NCBI GenBank assembly: GCA_002104905.1
Contig: MCFE01000233.1
Coordinates: forward strand, 57,076-121,075
Origin: Basidiobolus meristosporus CBS 931.73
Taxonomy: Eukaryota > Fungi > Basidiobolomycota
Length of the DNA stretch: 64,000 nucleotides
Direction of reading: 5' to 3'
The notes beneath the pieces are model-generated. The model did no database searches, was not told the origin of the DNA, and saw nothing but the letters and a program-made list of their open reading frames with translations. Shown piece by piece: positions 14,874 through 26,131 of this stretch. Both the position numbers and the translations under genes were made by a program. How positions within the stretch are numbered: the stretch's first letter is position 1; every line of letters begins with the position of its first letter.

Positions 14874-15603
14874 GGCACAATAAAATACACTAACTGAAAA
14901 CTAGGCAGCTGGAGAATGCGAGCTCGACACCATATATATCTGATGAACTTTAATAATTAGTCTAAACCAAATCGCACGATGACCAGGGTTATTACCTAAT
15001 CGCATGGAATAACAGCAAACCGGCCAAGCGAATCAGGGTGCGGCTACAGAGGGATTTCATTTGCGTCCAGCCAATTCACCCCACAATCCCTCGCAATCAA
15101 GGGTACATCTAAGGCCGCTTCCTCTAACGAGCATCGTGGTGAACCAAATAAGTTGCTGTACACCCAGCAATCTCCTTTTCGGACCCATCATTGCCATACT
15201 GGATCGGGTGGAATTTCGGCCAATCGATGAGCGCTGACAAATTAAGTGTACGCCTTGATTTGTGCAAATTCGCAATCACAATACGAGATTGTCGACCCTG
15301 GAAGGTTCATGTTATCTATTACCTAATTATTGTGTGTCGAATAAGATTACAGATAAGAATTTAATGTATCTGGGTGACGGTCTTCAATGGTGGGATTTAT
15401 ACATCATCTCTGAAAGGGACAAAGGCGAGCAGGGTTAACAAAATAATAACAGGTGATAGGCGAAGTGGGGTGGTCGGTTTGGAAAGACTTTGCGGGTAGA
15501 GGGCTGTACTCTGCACAAACTGGCTTGCTCTTGGCGTATTTTTTTGTACGGAAAGCTTCTTGACAGCTCGAGCCCATTTTTAGATAAGCTAGGCTTCGAT
15601 GGA

Positions 15604-16790
15604 TTACATCGAGTTGTGCACAGCTGTACTGCGGTTGGAGACCTGCAAGGTTTCTTCCTGGCCCTGGGTTGTTTCTATCGTGGGCAAGGTTGGCTCTTCA
15701 ACACTCTCGATCTTGGGGGAAGCGGATAGCTTTGAGTTCGCAGCACTCCAATTCACCAGCGTAGGGGTGGCGCAGAACAGAGTCGCCATGGGGGATGCTA
15801 TCGAGGCCGAGGACCTTGCGCTGTTGAGGGTGAAGATTGGGGTTTTTTGGAATTTCTTTGAATGTTTAGTTTCCGTTGGACGAATAGGGGGAGTTTCCAC
15901 AGGTGTCGGTAAGAAATAAATTTCATAAGGCGAAGGTAGCTGCACATCTTCATGGTTAACCACCACAGTCACTTTGTCATTGACGATATCGTCAAAAAGA
16001 CGCTGCTGTATAAGGGAATATGGCTCTAGGGAGGTGTCGTCCTCCACCTGAAAGGTTGGCTCAGATATGCGCCAATTTCGCAGCTGGTCCTCTTGCCAGT
16101 ATGGTTTATCCATCAGCAGTGGACGTCGCGACAGAAACTGTAGGATTCCATTGGGCCTTAACAGATATTGGGAAAGCAAAGAGGCTTTTTGCTGGAAAAT
16201 GTTGGGCAGCTCAACAATCCCTAGTATGAATGATCGACCGTTAACTTCAAACGTTCCACTGTTCCCTGGAGGCATTGAACAATTGAGGTATGTTTAGTTA
16301 CAGAGAAAAGGCAGGCTAATGAACTACGTGTAATCAAATATAAGATGGTCCTAGGGGAGTAGTTGCCCCTTTATGGAGGATCACACTTCACCCAAGGTAC
16401 ATGCTCAGGATTCAAAGTGTAACAAGACTTGCAGTATACCCATAGGATATGTATCTAATTATCTGTCCCACACGAAGAGATCCGCCTGAATGCATTTCTA
16501 CCCTTATACTCTTGTTCAACCCCAATCTAAACCAGTGCCCTATGTGAGCAAAGAAACCGAGGCACAGATACAATAAAGAATCCAGATCCACCCTGACTAG
16601 TATCATTCAGGTAAGAATCCCGCTTGATCAAAGACCTGAGCATTCCCATTCACTGCCAGATTGTCTAGATGCTCGGGTATTGGTAATCCCCCTTTTGGTC
16701 AGCCATGCATTGGTTAATTTCCAATACATTACAAGGAGCATACATATCGCAGCTGCAGTGGTAAGTGGCGCCGCTCTATTCCAGGGGCCA
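15604..16790 (-). pseudogene. Hypothetical multi-exon gene or pseudogene with a Ser/Thr/Pro-rich C-terminal exon
   Basis: 223-codon ORF 15604-16275 preceded by a plausible intron (gtagtt...ctccag). Splicing upstream gives YCKSCYTLNPEHVPWVKCDPP*RGNYSPRTILYLITRNSG with an in-frame TAA. No family recognised, and the 5' boundary is uncertain. Confidence 0.3.
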
Positions 16791-16913
16791 TGGCACAGGG
16801 AGCTTCCAAATTAACGAACGACCTGAGTTTGGCTCGCTGCACCGTCAGCTAGCATTGAGAAAGAAAACAGAAGTGTGGCAGTCCAATATCTGGAGGAGGG
16901 ATATGTTACCCAT

Positions 16914-17174
16914 TTATTTGTTCTTGGTTTGACGGTACGAGAAGCGTTTCCGGGTGTGCGAGAATTCTCCCAGCTTATGGCCGACCATCTCTTCAGTGAC
17001 CTTGACGGGTAGGAAATCCTTGCCGTTATGGACCAGGAATTTGACCCCGACAAACGACGGCAAGATAGTACACGCGCGAGCATGGGTCTTTATGGGGACA
17101 TTCGTGGCTAGAGCTTCCCGAAGATTCGGGAAGTTGACAAAAAACGGACCTTTCCACGCGGCACGACCACCCAT
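16914..17174 (-). CDS. RSM19: Mitochondrial small-subunit ribosomal protein S19 (uS19m)
   Basis: [26 protein letters not shown] and [14 protein letters not shown] are uS19 signature motifs. The true start may be slightly upstream. Confidence 0.9.
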   Translation of the reverse strand: MGGRAAWKGPFFVNFPNLREALATNVPIKTHARACTILPSFVGVKFLVHNGKDFLPVKVTEEMVGHKLGEFSHTRKRFSYRQTKNK

Positions 17175-17904
17175 GATGCACTCAGCAAGTAGAGAATCTC
17201 CTGCTGCAGGTCATCGATGCTTTTGAATAATACCAAAATTTTCAGACTGCCAGTCGAGCCTTTTGCCAAAGCCTATTGGTCAGCGTATATATGTTGGATT
17301 TTTAAGCGATCCATCGGATCATGCCAGATTGCAATGTCGAGCATGGTATCAATAAAGGGATCTAATCGAGGTGCATGCCATCACAGTTGCAATCATGCAG
17401 GCGTGTGAGTTGGTCGAGGTAGAGCTAGAGGTGCTGGGTGGCTTCGGACACAACATGCCGAAGATTACCACCTCGGCCCTGGCCATTTGATCACCGTCAG
17501 CCACGTGCAGGGCTGCAATGAAGTTGGGCCGGTTGATGTTGGAGGTTCAGGTTGATTGGAAAAACCGGCCCTATCGCTACCGCCAGTGTGTTGGTGGCTC
17601 TGGATATCAAGCATGTTGGTAAACGCATTGCTTTAGACGCGTGAAGTAAATCGGATTCATGTGAGGCATCTCTCCAAACTGGAATCATACATTGGGCGGG
17701 AGTTGGTGGCCTATATACTTTTATTATGGCAATTAAATTATGCATTCAGTTATCTCGTATCCGTGCCTGACTAGTAATCAGTTGGATTCTATAGGTGATC
17801 ATCGAATATTATCGCAAACTCTCTAGCCAGATTTCCTATTCTGACGTCTCAAGACTGACATACCCGGTCTCCTCATTTCCGCGTTGGTTCAAGACGGTGT
17901 CGAA

Positions 17905-20900
17905 ATGAAGCCAACATTCCTTTCATTAACGGATCCCTGTAAAACCACAGTATTAATAGTGCCAGTTGGGGATATCAAACCTGCTGCCTTTCAAAAGTAT
18001 GCCTCGCTTATCTCCAAATTTAATGTCATCAACATTTCGGACATCACTCCTTACTTTGGAGCAACGGGTGCGAAGTCCCCAACCTTTCCTCAAGAAGCCG
18101 CCGATAATCGTGCTGATGAAAAAGGTAATATTTGAATCTGAGCAGCTGTGGAAGACATCAGGAATTTGAGCCCGTGTGCTAATGTACACAACTGATTATT
18201 TTAGCTCGCTTTACCACAAACCTTTTTAAAGAAGGGAGCATCCACTTCAATTTCATCACCAGCTATGATAAAGAGCTTGCATACCTTGAGCAATTCCAGA
18301 TTTATAGGCAGGTTCTTGGAGTGAGTGCACATCGTGGCAGTTGTACGCCTTCGCAGCATCTAACCCCATTTGCTTATTAGGTGATTGGTATCATTCAGTG
18401 TCAGGGCTCTACCAATCTTTCGGAAGAATATCAGAAATTTACTTCTACACTAAATCAGGTACCTGTCCCTTCTCTTGCAGCCTTCTTGCGATACAGGGTA
18501 GTGTGCTCACTCGTTTTCTATAGTATTCGACCTGTCTTGTGAATCGGTGTTATGCATTTGAGCCATCAGATAGTCAAGCCGATGACACGAAGGGAGTTAT
18601 TATGATCCCAAATGTTGGAAATGTAACATTCTATATGAATACTATGATTTGTGATTTTGCAAGTAGTATGTTGAATGCGTTTGGGACCATGGTAAGTAGT
18701 CAGAGAGCAATCACAATCCTGGGCTGAACTAAAGTACATTGTGTAGGCGGCTAGCATCGAGTCTTCACCGGCGATCCCTTCGCCAAAGTCATGCGACAAA
18801 CATCTTAGTACGCCTGCCGCCACCCCTAGTAACGCATTCCCACCAGCTGGGAATTTTCTGCGCTCACCCTCCCCTAATGTAGACTCTCCAACTTCCGCCA
18901 CTAGCTTGTCTACCCCGTTTTCTGCTTCGACCCCCGATGCCCGGGTCCGAAAGCGAACTCAAGGCAGAATTTACAAGTTGGTGTCGGACCTCTATTTAAT
19001 GGCTGGTAAGTTGCCAGATGCGCTTGCCACCTATACCAACGCAATCGAAACCACGCGGAACAATACCGATTTTATGTGGCATGCATCAGCACTTGAAGGG
19101 TATTATTGCGCGCTGATTCTTCTTGCTGACATTCAATCAACGGAGGAATCCGCCACCTCCATTCCCATCCCGATCTTCCCCTCATCGAGCTTTTCCAACA
19201 GCAACACGGGCCCGGTGGTAAGGAAATCACTCTTCGGGGAATTCGTCGAAAGGTTCCGCAACATTATCGCGCTCTACGATAAGATCGACATCCCTTGTCT
19301 GCAGGTCGAGTCAAGGCTGAAGGGGGCAAAACTACTGACCATTATTTTGAAGTTTGGGACCGGGGAAGCCGCATTGAATGCCATCTTGGATGATCGAATC
19401 GAAACACAACCCCCTTCTGGCACATCTGCCAAGAGCCATGTTTTGAAGGCTGAGCTTATGAATCTCCTGATGCAGAGCTGGAATATTGCTCGCGAGAATA
19501 TATCTTCTTCGTACCAAATCCGAGTTTCCTCTCTGATGGCTGCTATGTGTGCCACGATCAACTATCACCGGAAGGCCGCATACTTCTTGCGTCAATGTGC
19601 TCTAGTAGCTGCTCCGTTCATCGCCAATTCCGAGCTCTCCAACAGTAGCCTGAGAAGAGTGAAGGCTGGCCTTTTGGAAGGCATGAGGCGATTTTGCGAT
19701 GTGTATGGAGTGAACGTAATCTCTGTCCCCGAGGATGAAGAGGTGGAGGAAGTGGACAGTTATGGATGGCCTGATCTCCAGGTAGACGCAATCGAAGATT
19801 GTATCAACATTTCAGACGGGCTGTCCGACCCGGAGCAAACAATCAACTATACCATACGGTTGTTGCGTAAGTACCACCGAGCCCTCACCCGAGAAGAGCA
19901 GCTGAGATTGTCGTTCACTCTCCAGCGTATAGTAAACAACAAGGATAGCCCTGTTGAGCTCACTTCCCTGACGAAAAGCATATCTCATTTGCCAGTCTTG
20001 AAAGCGCTGGATGTGTGTCGTCCAGTTCCTGCTCGAGTCTCCTATCCCCAGCGGAAGCAGAAGATCGCTGACGCGGAGTGCAGCAGCGCCGACCCATTTA
20101 TTTACAATCCGTACGCAAAGAAAAGCGGGGAAAGTATTGCAGTCCCTCTGGTGGTCAACGAGCTGTCGTTCTTCGATGTGAACCTTGTCAATCCATTTGC
20201 CTTTGATCTAGATATCTCCAGCATCCGTCTTAGTACCGAGGGAGTGCCTTTTAATTCCATTTCCTCTGCTGCTGTGGTGCCCTCAGGGTCCTCAATCTCG
20301 TTGAGACTTAGTGGGGTACCTCAAGCTTCTGGGGAACTTGTACTTCGTGGATGCTTCATTCGACTTTTCGGCTGTGCGGAGGAAGAGTTTCTACTGCACA
20401 AAAACAGAGAAAAGAAAAACGAGGACAAATGGAAGATCGAACTCGATCACCTCAAAAGAGTCAAGCAAAGCGGGTTGGACTCGACCAGCTATAGAGCAGA
20501 GAAGCGTCTCTCCTTCAAGCGAAGCTCGGCAAAGTTCACCGAGTCTAAATTCCACATCGTCTCCGTGATCCAAGAACAGCCGTTGCTTGAGGTCACCTCC
20601 ACGAACATATTGAACAACTCCATCATGCTGTTTGAAGGGGAAAAATCCCACGTAGACTTGGTATTGAAGAACATGGGCACTACGCCAATCGACTTCCTCG
20701 CCTTTTCCTTTACCGACAATACCATCGATTCGCCCCAGCGCAATCATCACTACTCGAAGGAAACCTCAGCCGAAAGCCTGTACGAGGTAGAGATTGCTGT
20801 TCACAATGACCCAGTCTTGTCGCTTGAGGAAGCAGATCACAATCTTGCCAGCGGAGCCATCAAAGTGAACCTCTTGCCTGGTCAGGAGCACAAGGTCACC

Positions 20901-22055
20901 ATTACAACCTATGGCAAGCGAGGATGCACGAATGGAAACATCATCATCAACTATGGATACTTGGAGCGCGCAGATGATGAATCCGACATCTTCTACACGA
21001 GGCAGCTTAACCTCCCGGTATTGATAACCGTGAATCAGGGGCTGAGTGTATTGGATATTGAGTTACTCTCGTTCCAGCGCCTGGAATCTTTAGACTCGCA
21101 GAGCCCACTCAAGTCCTCCACACCCGATGGGACGGTGAGGCGAAAGGACATCTCGACGATCGAGAACTTCGTTTCGTCCAGAATCGACCGACAGGCCAAG
21201 GGCGACTACTGCTTGATGATCCTCGACATACGCAATGTTTGGATGCTTCCCCTGGAAGTAAGCATTGCAATGAACGAAAACGACACGATAACCAGCGATT
21301 GGGAGCAAGATCCGAACGTCCGTTGCTACAGCACCACGGTACACTCTGGATGCACACATCGGTTGATTCTTCCATTCAAGAGGATTGCTCTTTCAGAGGA
21401 GATCCTGGAGCAGCCCATCCCCAACGTTACGAACAAGCAGTACACGGTTCCCAAGGGACCCAAGCTAACTAAAGAAGAAGAGAAGTTGAGAAGAACCATG
21501 TTCTGGTACAAACAAGAACTTCTCAAGCATATCCATGCCACCTGGGTCTCTGAGTCGTTCGAGCACCGAGGGGTCCTCCATTTCAGAGAGTTTAGATTAA
21601 CTGAAGCCATGTTGGAGTCCTTACGAAAGGAGGATATCACATTTGGGGCATCGTTGGTTGACGTAGCCGGCGATGCGGACAAATCCTCTCAGCCGTCGGC
21701 CATCAAGCAATTGGACGCCAACCGGTACTCCTGCCGGCCCAACGACATCCTCAATATCCAGTTTGACATTCACAACCACCAGGATATCCCAGCGAGGCTT
21801 TGTTTACGAATCCAACCCGTCCACGACCATTACAACGGGCGGCTAGATTACGAGCTCAGCTCGTTCATGGCATTCAACGGGCCAACCCAGACCTATCTCC
21901 AAAAGATCCCGCCTCAAAAAAGCATTCAATGGCGTCTCCCAGTCACCTTCTTCTCTCCTGGCGAATACAAGATTCTGTACCACGGCCAGGATGTTCACAC
22001 CCGGACCATCCACTATTCCAGCGAACCCCTGATTGTCGAGGTTCTGGACGGGTGA
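17905..22055 (+). CDS. TRS120: TRAPP II complex subunit Trs120/TRAPPC9 (several 5' introns, long final exon 18906-22055)
   Basis: N-terminal VLIVPVGDI, RQVLGV, TQGRIYKLVSDLYLMAGKLPDAL, DFMWHASALEG, YHRKAAYFLR, DPFIYNPY, NPFAFDL, and C-terminal Ig-like repeats ending FFSPGEY. Confidence 0.88.
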
Positions 22056-22470
22056 GCGGTACTGTAGATACGCTTCTGACCCTTCGGGCATCCTGCCCGG
22101 CCCCTTTCCAAGGCGGGACACAAGCCAACCTTCACTTGTTTATGATAATTTCCACACGTCTCTACCAGCATGAATTTCCCGGTACGAGAGCACTGACTAC
22201 CTATCCACCAGCCACCAATTGTTAGCGTCCCTTGGGATGGCATTGTACATTGAGTAGGCAAACAGTAATTTCTAATAAACATCGGTAGTCCATTGCCTGC
22301 CATGTGGTTCTGAAGTGTGGTTCACTATGGTACCAATTTGGGATCGCGACCATCGAATCATATGATCTCGGGGATCGATGAAAAAAAATCCCCCTCGAGG
22401 GGGCTGAATAAAGAATGGGATCAATGCCCGGAATGCCTTCTTTCCCTACTAGGTGTCGTCGACGTTCAAG

Positions 22471-23026
22471 ATGGTAAGTCGCTCGTGAGCCACGCGGCAG
22501 TTCAATCGATGGATGCCTCCACGCGGGAATTAGATGCCAACTAATCTCATTTTGTTACCAGTCTCTCGTAGTGCCCGACAAGAACCAATTCCAACACATC
22601 CTTCGTCTTCTCAACACCAACATCGATGGTAGAACCAAGGTGGTCTTCGCCTTGACTTCCATCAAGGGTGTTGGTAGACGCTACTCCACCATGGTATGCA
22701 AGAAGGCCGACATCGACCTTACCAAGCGTGCCGGTGAACTGACCAACGAAGAGCTCGAGCGTATCGTCACCATCATCCAAAACCCTCTCCAATACAAGAT
22801 CCCCAAGTGGTTCCTTAACAGACAAAAGGACATTGTTGACGGCAAATACACCCAAGTCTTGGCCAACGGCCTCGACAACAAGTTCCGTGAGGATTTGGAG
22901 CGCATGAAGAAGATCCGTGCCCACCGTGGTCTTCGTCACTACTGGGGTCTCCGCGTTCGTGGACAACACACCAAGACCACCGGCAGAAGAGGAAGAACTG
23001 TTGGTGTCTCCAAGAAGAAGAACTAA
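22471..23026 (+). CDS. RPS18: 40S ribosomal protein S18 (uS13); intron 22474-22561 directly after ATG
   Basis: [24 protein letters not shown]...IKGVGRRY...[38 protein letters not shown]. Confidence 0.97.
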
Positions 23027-24247
23027 TCGTTCCTTTTACCACTCTGACCTCACTAATCTTTCCACTTTCTTTGTTAATTGGAACATTAATAAAACCTTAC
23101 TGAATATCAGCCAGTTTTCCTTGGCGGTGGTTTGGAGACGGAGACAGTAAGGGTGTTGCGAGCGATGGTAGACTCGTGATCTGCCACAGCTAGGATGTGG
23201 TCTCCCATTCCAATATGCGCTGAACACGCTAACGTACGGTTTCATTTGGGTGAGCTCAACTCTGATTCATGGTTGAGAAGCCCTGCTTCTATTGCCAAAA
23301 AATTCCTCGATTTCTCAGAATCCCATCGGATTTTATGTTGCAATTTAAATAATGTGTTTCCGCTGAGCGCAACCTTGTGCTGGCATAGATATGGCCTAAG
23401 GAATGTACCAAGTGGAAATTAACATAATGGATATTGCATTGATAGGAATTCTCGATGATTATGCCAATTTTGGATTTCTATTGTGTATCTACCCCCTTCT
23501 TCATGTTAATCGGCAACTTGAGATACTGCAAGTGCTCAAATTGTAACAGCTGGTGTTACAGAGAGTCTAGGTATCTGCCAGCATACTTTGTTCATACTAA
23601 GAATGTGAACCCTGCCTACAAATCACTTTGGTGCTGGTTGTTTTTTGTCAGGTATTATTTGTTTGCTCCCTATCATTATTTATGCTTTATAACACCAATG
23701 CTGATAGTAATATTCCAAAAAAGTATAATAAATACATAGAATACGCTCGAAAAGGTTCCAAGTACATGCGTACAAATTTTGATATCTTTTGGATAACCTT
23801 GAGAAACAACATATTCTGGGTACCTGGCATTTTGGTGAAAATATTCAAGGCACATCCTGAGTATGTGGTTGATAACAATAAAACTCACAGAGTGGGATCT
23901 TGGGGACTAAACAAATTTAGTTGCTAATACAAGCAATCATGGTAGCTTCCAGAACTTGGCTGAGCAAAGAATTGTCTACTATTCTGCACACAAAGTTTGA
24001 TCCAAATCTTATGTAACTTTGGTATAGGCTTATTGATTGCAACCCAAAGGACCTTTTGTATTGCATGAGATATTTGGGGACTCTTCCAAACCTGTTCTAT
24101 ATTATAACCATCCCCAGCCCCTGCAAAAGAATTAAGTACCATGCTAGCATCCAATAAATCTATACTTCTGAGTCATATTTGTAAGTCTTATAATACATGT
24201 GGCTTGAAAAGGCCCCAGTGAGTAGTGTACAGAAATTTGGTCTCAGT

Positions 24248-24562
24248 TGCTGTAAAAATTCGTAATTCCAACTAAATATTCACCTAAGTCACTTAGATCA
24301 TTACTTTCAAGTCCTGACCAAAATCCTTGTTGCAATTTACTTGAAATATTTACCCAGGTCATGAAAATTCTCAAAGTTGTTCAAGCAGCCCCAAACTTTG
24401 CACACATGTTCCTGGGACCTTCCTTAACCTATTCTTTGTGTTATACCAAACCCATGTAAAAGTATAAATACTACTTTTGCATTCAATAAATCACAATGTG
24501 AAAACCACAAAGTCTACTTGTCCTTCCAAATCACTTCCAATATCTCCAAGACTCTTACAACA
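24248..24562 (+). mobile_element. Copia solo LTR
   Basis: TGCTGTAAAA...CTCTTACAACA termini, internal TATAAATA and AATAAA. Flanks tcagt/ttagt (5-bp TSD, one mismatch). Confidence 0.85.
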
Positions 24563-24636
24563 TTAGTCAAGTTGAGGACTTTAACATTCAAGTCTTCACT
24601 GTTGGGAATACCTAACTCACACCTATACCACTTATG

Positions 24637-24961
24637 TGTTGCAAGAGTCTTGCATATATCTGAAGTAATTAGACATTTAGTAGATCATGTGGTATTCAAT
24701 TAATCATTCATGAACAGCAAAAGTGGTATTTACACACTTCCATGATGTTAGCAAAATAAACATGCAGAACATACCTAGGAAGATCCCAGGTGCATGTGTA
24801 CAGAGCTTTGAGATTTTTTTGCCCAAAATAACTAATAGTTTAATGAAATATTCAACGCAAATCCTAATAAGAAGTTTTAGCAAAATACCCTAAAATTTGT
24901 GAGCAATGATTCAAGTGATTAAGTCAAGTGCATATTTAGGGGTAGTAGAAATTATACAACA
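24637..24961 (-). mobile_element. Older, degraded copia solo LTR
   Basis: Begins TGTTGCAAGAGTC (reverse complement of the LTR 3' end) and ends ATACAACA. Flanks ttatg/ttctg. Confidence 0.65.
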
Positions 24962-25072
24962 TTCTGTACCTTGAAATCTCTCCATTTATTGCCAGGTTGT
25001 GAGTTACTTACTTGAGATCCGGTTTGTAAGCTATTGGATTATATGTAGAGTTACTACTGGCCTGAGAGCTTT

Positions 25073-25408
25073 TGTTGCAAGAGTCTTGTAGATACTGGAA
25101 GTGACTGGGAGCACAGGTAGACTATATGATTTTCACTTGCCAATTTATTGAATATCAAAGTTGTATATATACTTTTGCATGGTCTTAGAAAAACACACAT
25201 AGAATATGCTTAGGAAGGTCCAAAGAACACATGCACAAAGTGTGGACTATTTGATCAATTCAGAAATTTCTTGTATCCTGGGTACTGATATCTTGGTGAA
25301 ATGTTCCAAGTAAATCCCAAAAGGAATTTTGCCAGAATTCACCAATATTAGTAAACTATGATATAAGTGAGTAAGTCAATATTTGGTGTAATTGCAGAAT
25401 TTGCAACA
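25073..25408 (-). mobile_element. Copia solo LTR
   Basis: TGTTGCAAGAGTC...TTGCAACA, collinear with the reverse complement of neighbouring LTRs. Flanks gcttt/gtttt. Confidence 0.8.
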
Positions 25409-25423
25409 GTTTTCAGTAGTTTC

Positions 25424-25755
25424 TGTTGTAAAAATTCGTAATTCCACCTAAATATTCACCTAACTTAGTCACTTAGATCATCACCTTCAAATCCTAGAGA
25501 ATACTGACCAAATTCCTTGTTGGGATTTACTTAGAATATTTACCCAGAACATGAAAATTTGATAAGTTGTCCAAACAGCCCCAAACTTTGCACACATGTT
25601 CTTGGGACCTTCCTTAACCTATTCTACGTGTTTATAATGCCAAGACCAGGTAAAAGTATAAATACTACTTTTACATTCAATAAATCATTAAGTGAAAACC
25701 ACATAATCTACTTGTTCTCCAAATCACTTCCAATATCTCCAAGACTCTTACAACA
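25424..25755 (+). mobile_element. Copia solo LTR with perfect 5-bp target-site duplication
   Basis: TGTTGTAAAA...CTCTTACAACA flanked by GTTTC on both sides (25419-25423 and 25756-25760). Confidence 0.92.
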
Positions 25756-25784
25756 GTTTCAAGCTTATGCAAAAGCCTCCCAAC

Positions 25785-26131
25785 TGTTGTAAAGATTTGT
25801 AAATGCACCCAAATATTCACCTAACTTAGTCACTTTGGTCATTATCTACAAATCTCAGAGAATTCTGTCCAAAGTCCTTGTTGGGATTAACCTAGAATAT
25901 TTGACCAAAGCATCAGGGACCCAGAGCATGAAATTTCTCAAAGTTGTCCAAGCTGCCTCAAGCTCAGCATCTATGCTCTTAGGACCTTTCTAAACATATT
26001 CTATGTATTTGTTTTGCCAAGACCATGTAAAAGTATACATACTACTTATACTTTAATAAATCATTAAGTGAAAGCCACATAATTTACTTGTTCTCCCAGT
26101 CACTTGCAATATCTCCAGAATTCTCACAGCA
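25785..26131 (+). mobile_element. Copia solo LTR inserted inside another LTR, perfect TSD
   Basis: TGTTGTAAAG...CTCACAGCA flanked by CCAAC on both sides. Rejoined flanks (gcctcccaactttgcacaca) match the LTR-internal motif cagccccaaactttgcacaca. Confidence 0.88.

Noticed and set aside
22390-22403. 14-bp palindrome CCCCCTCGAGGGGG upstream of RPS18 as a ribosomal-protein promoter element
   Set aside because: Not found upstream of RPL19 or RSM19, and it is low complexity.
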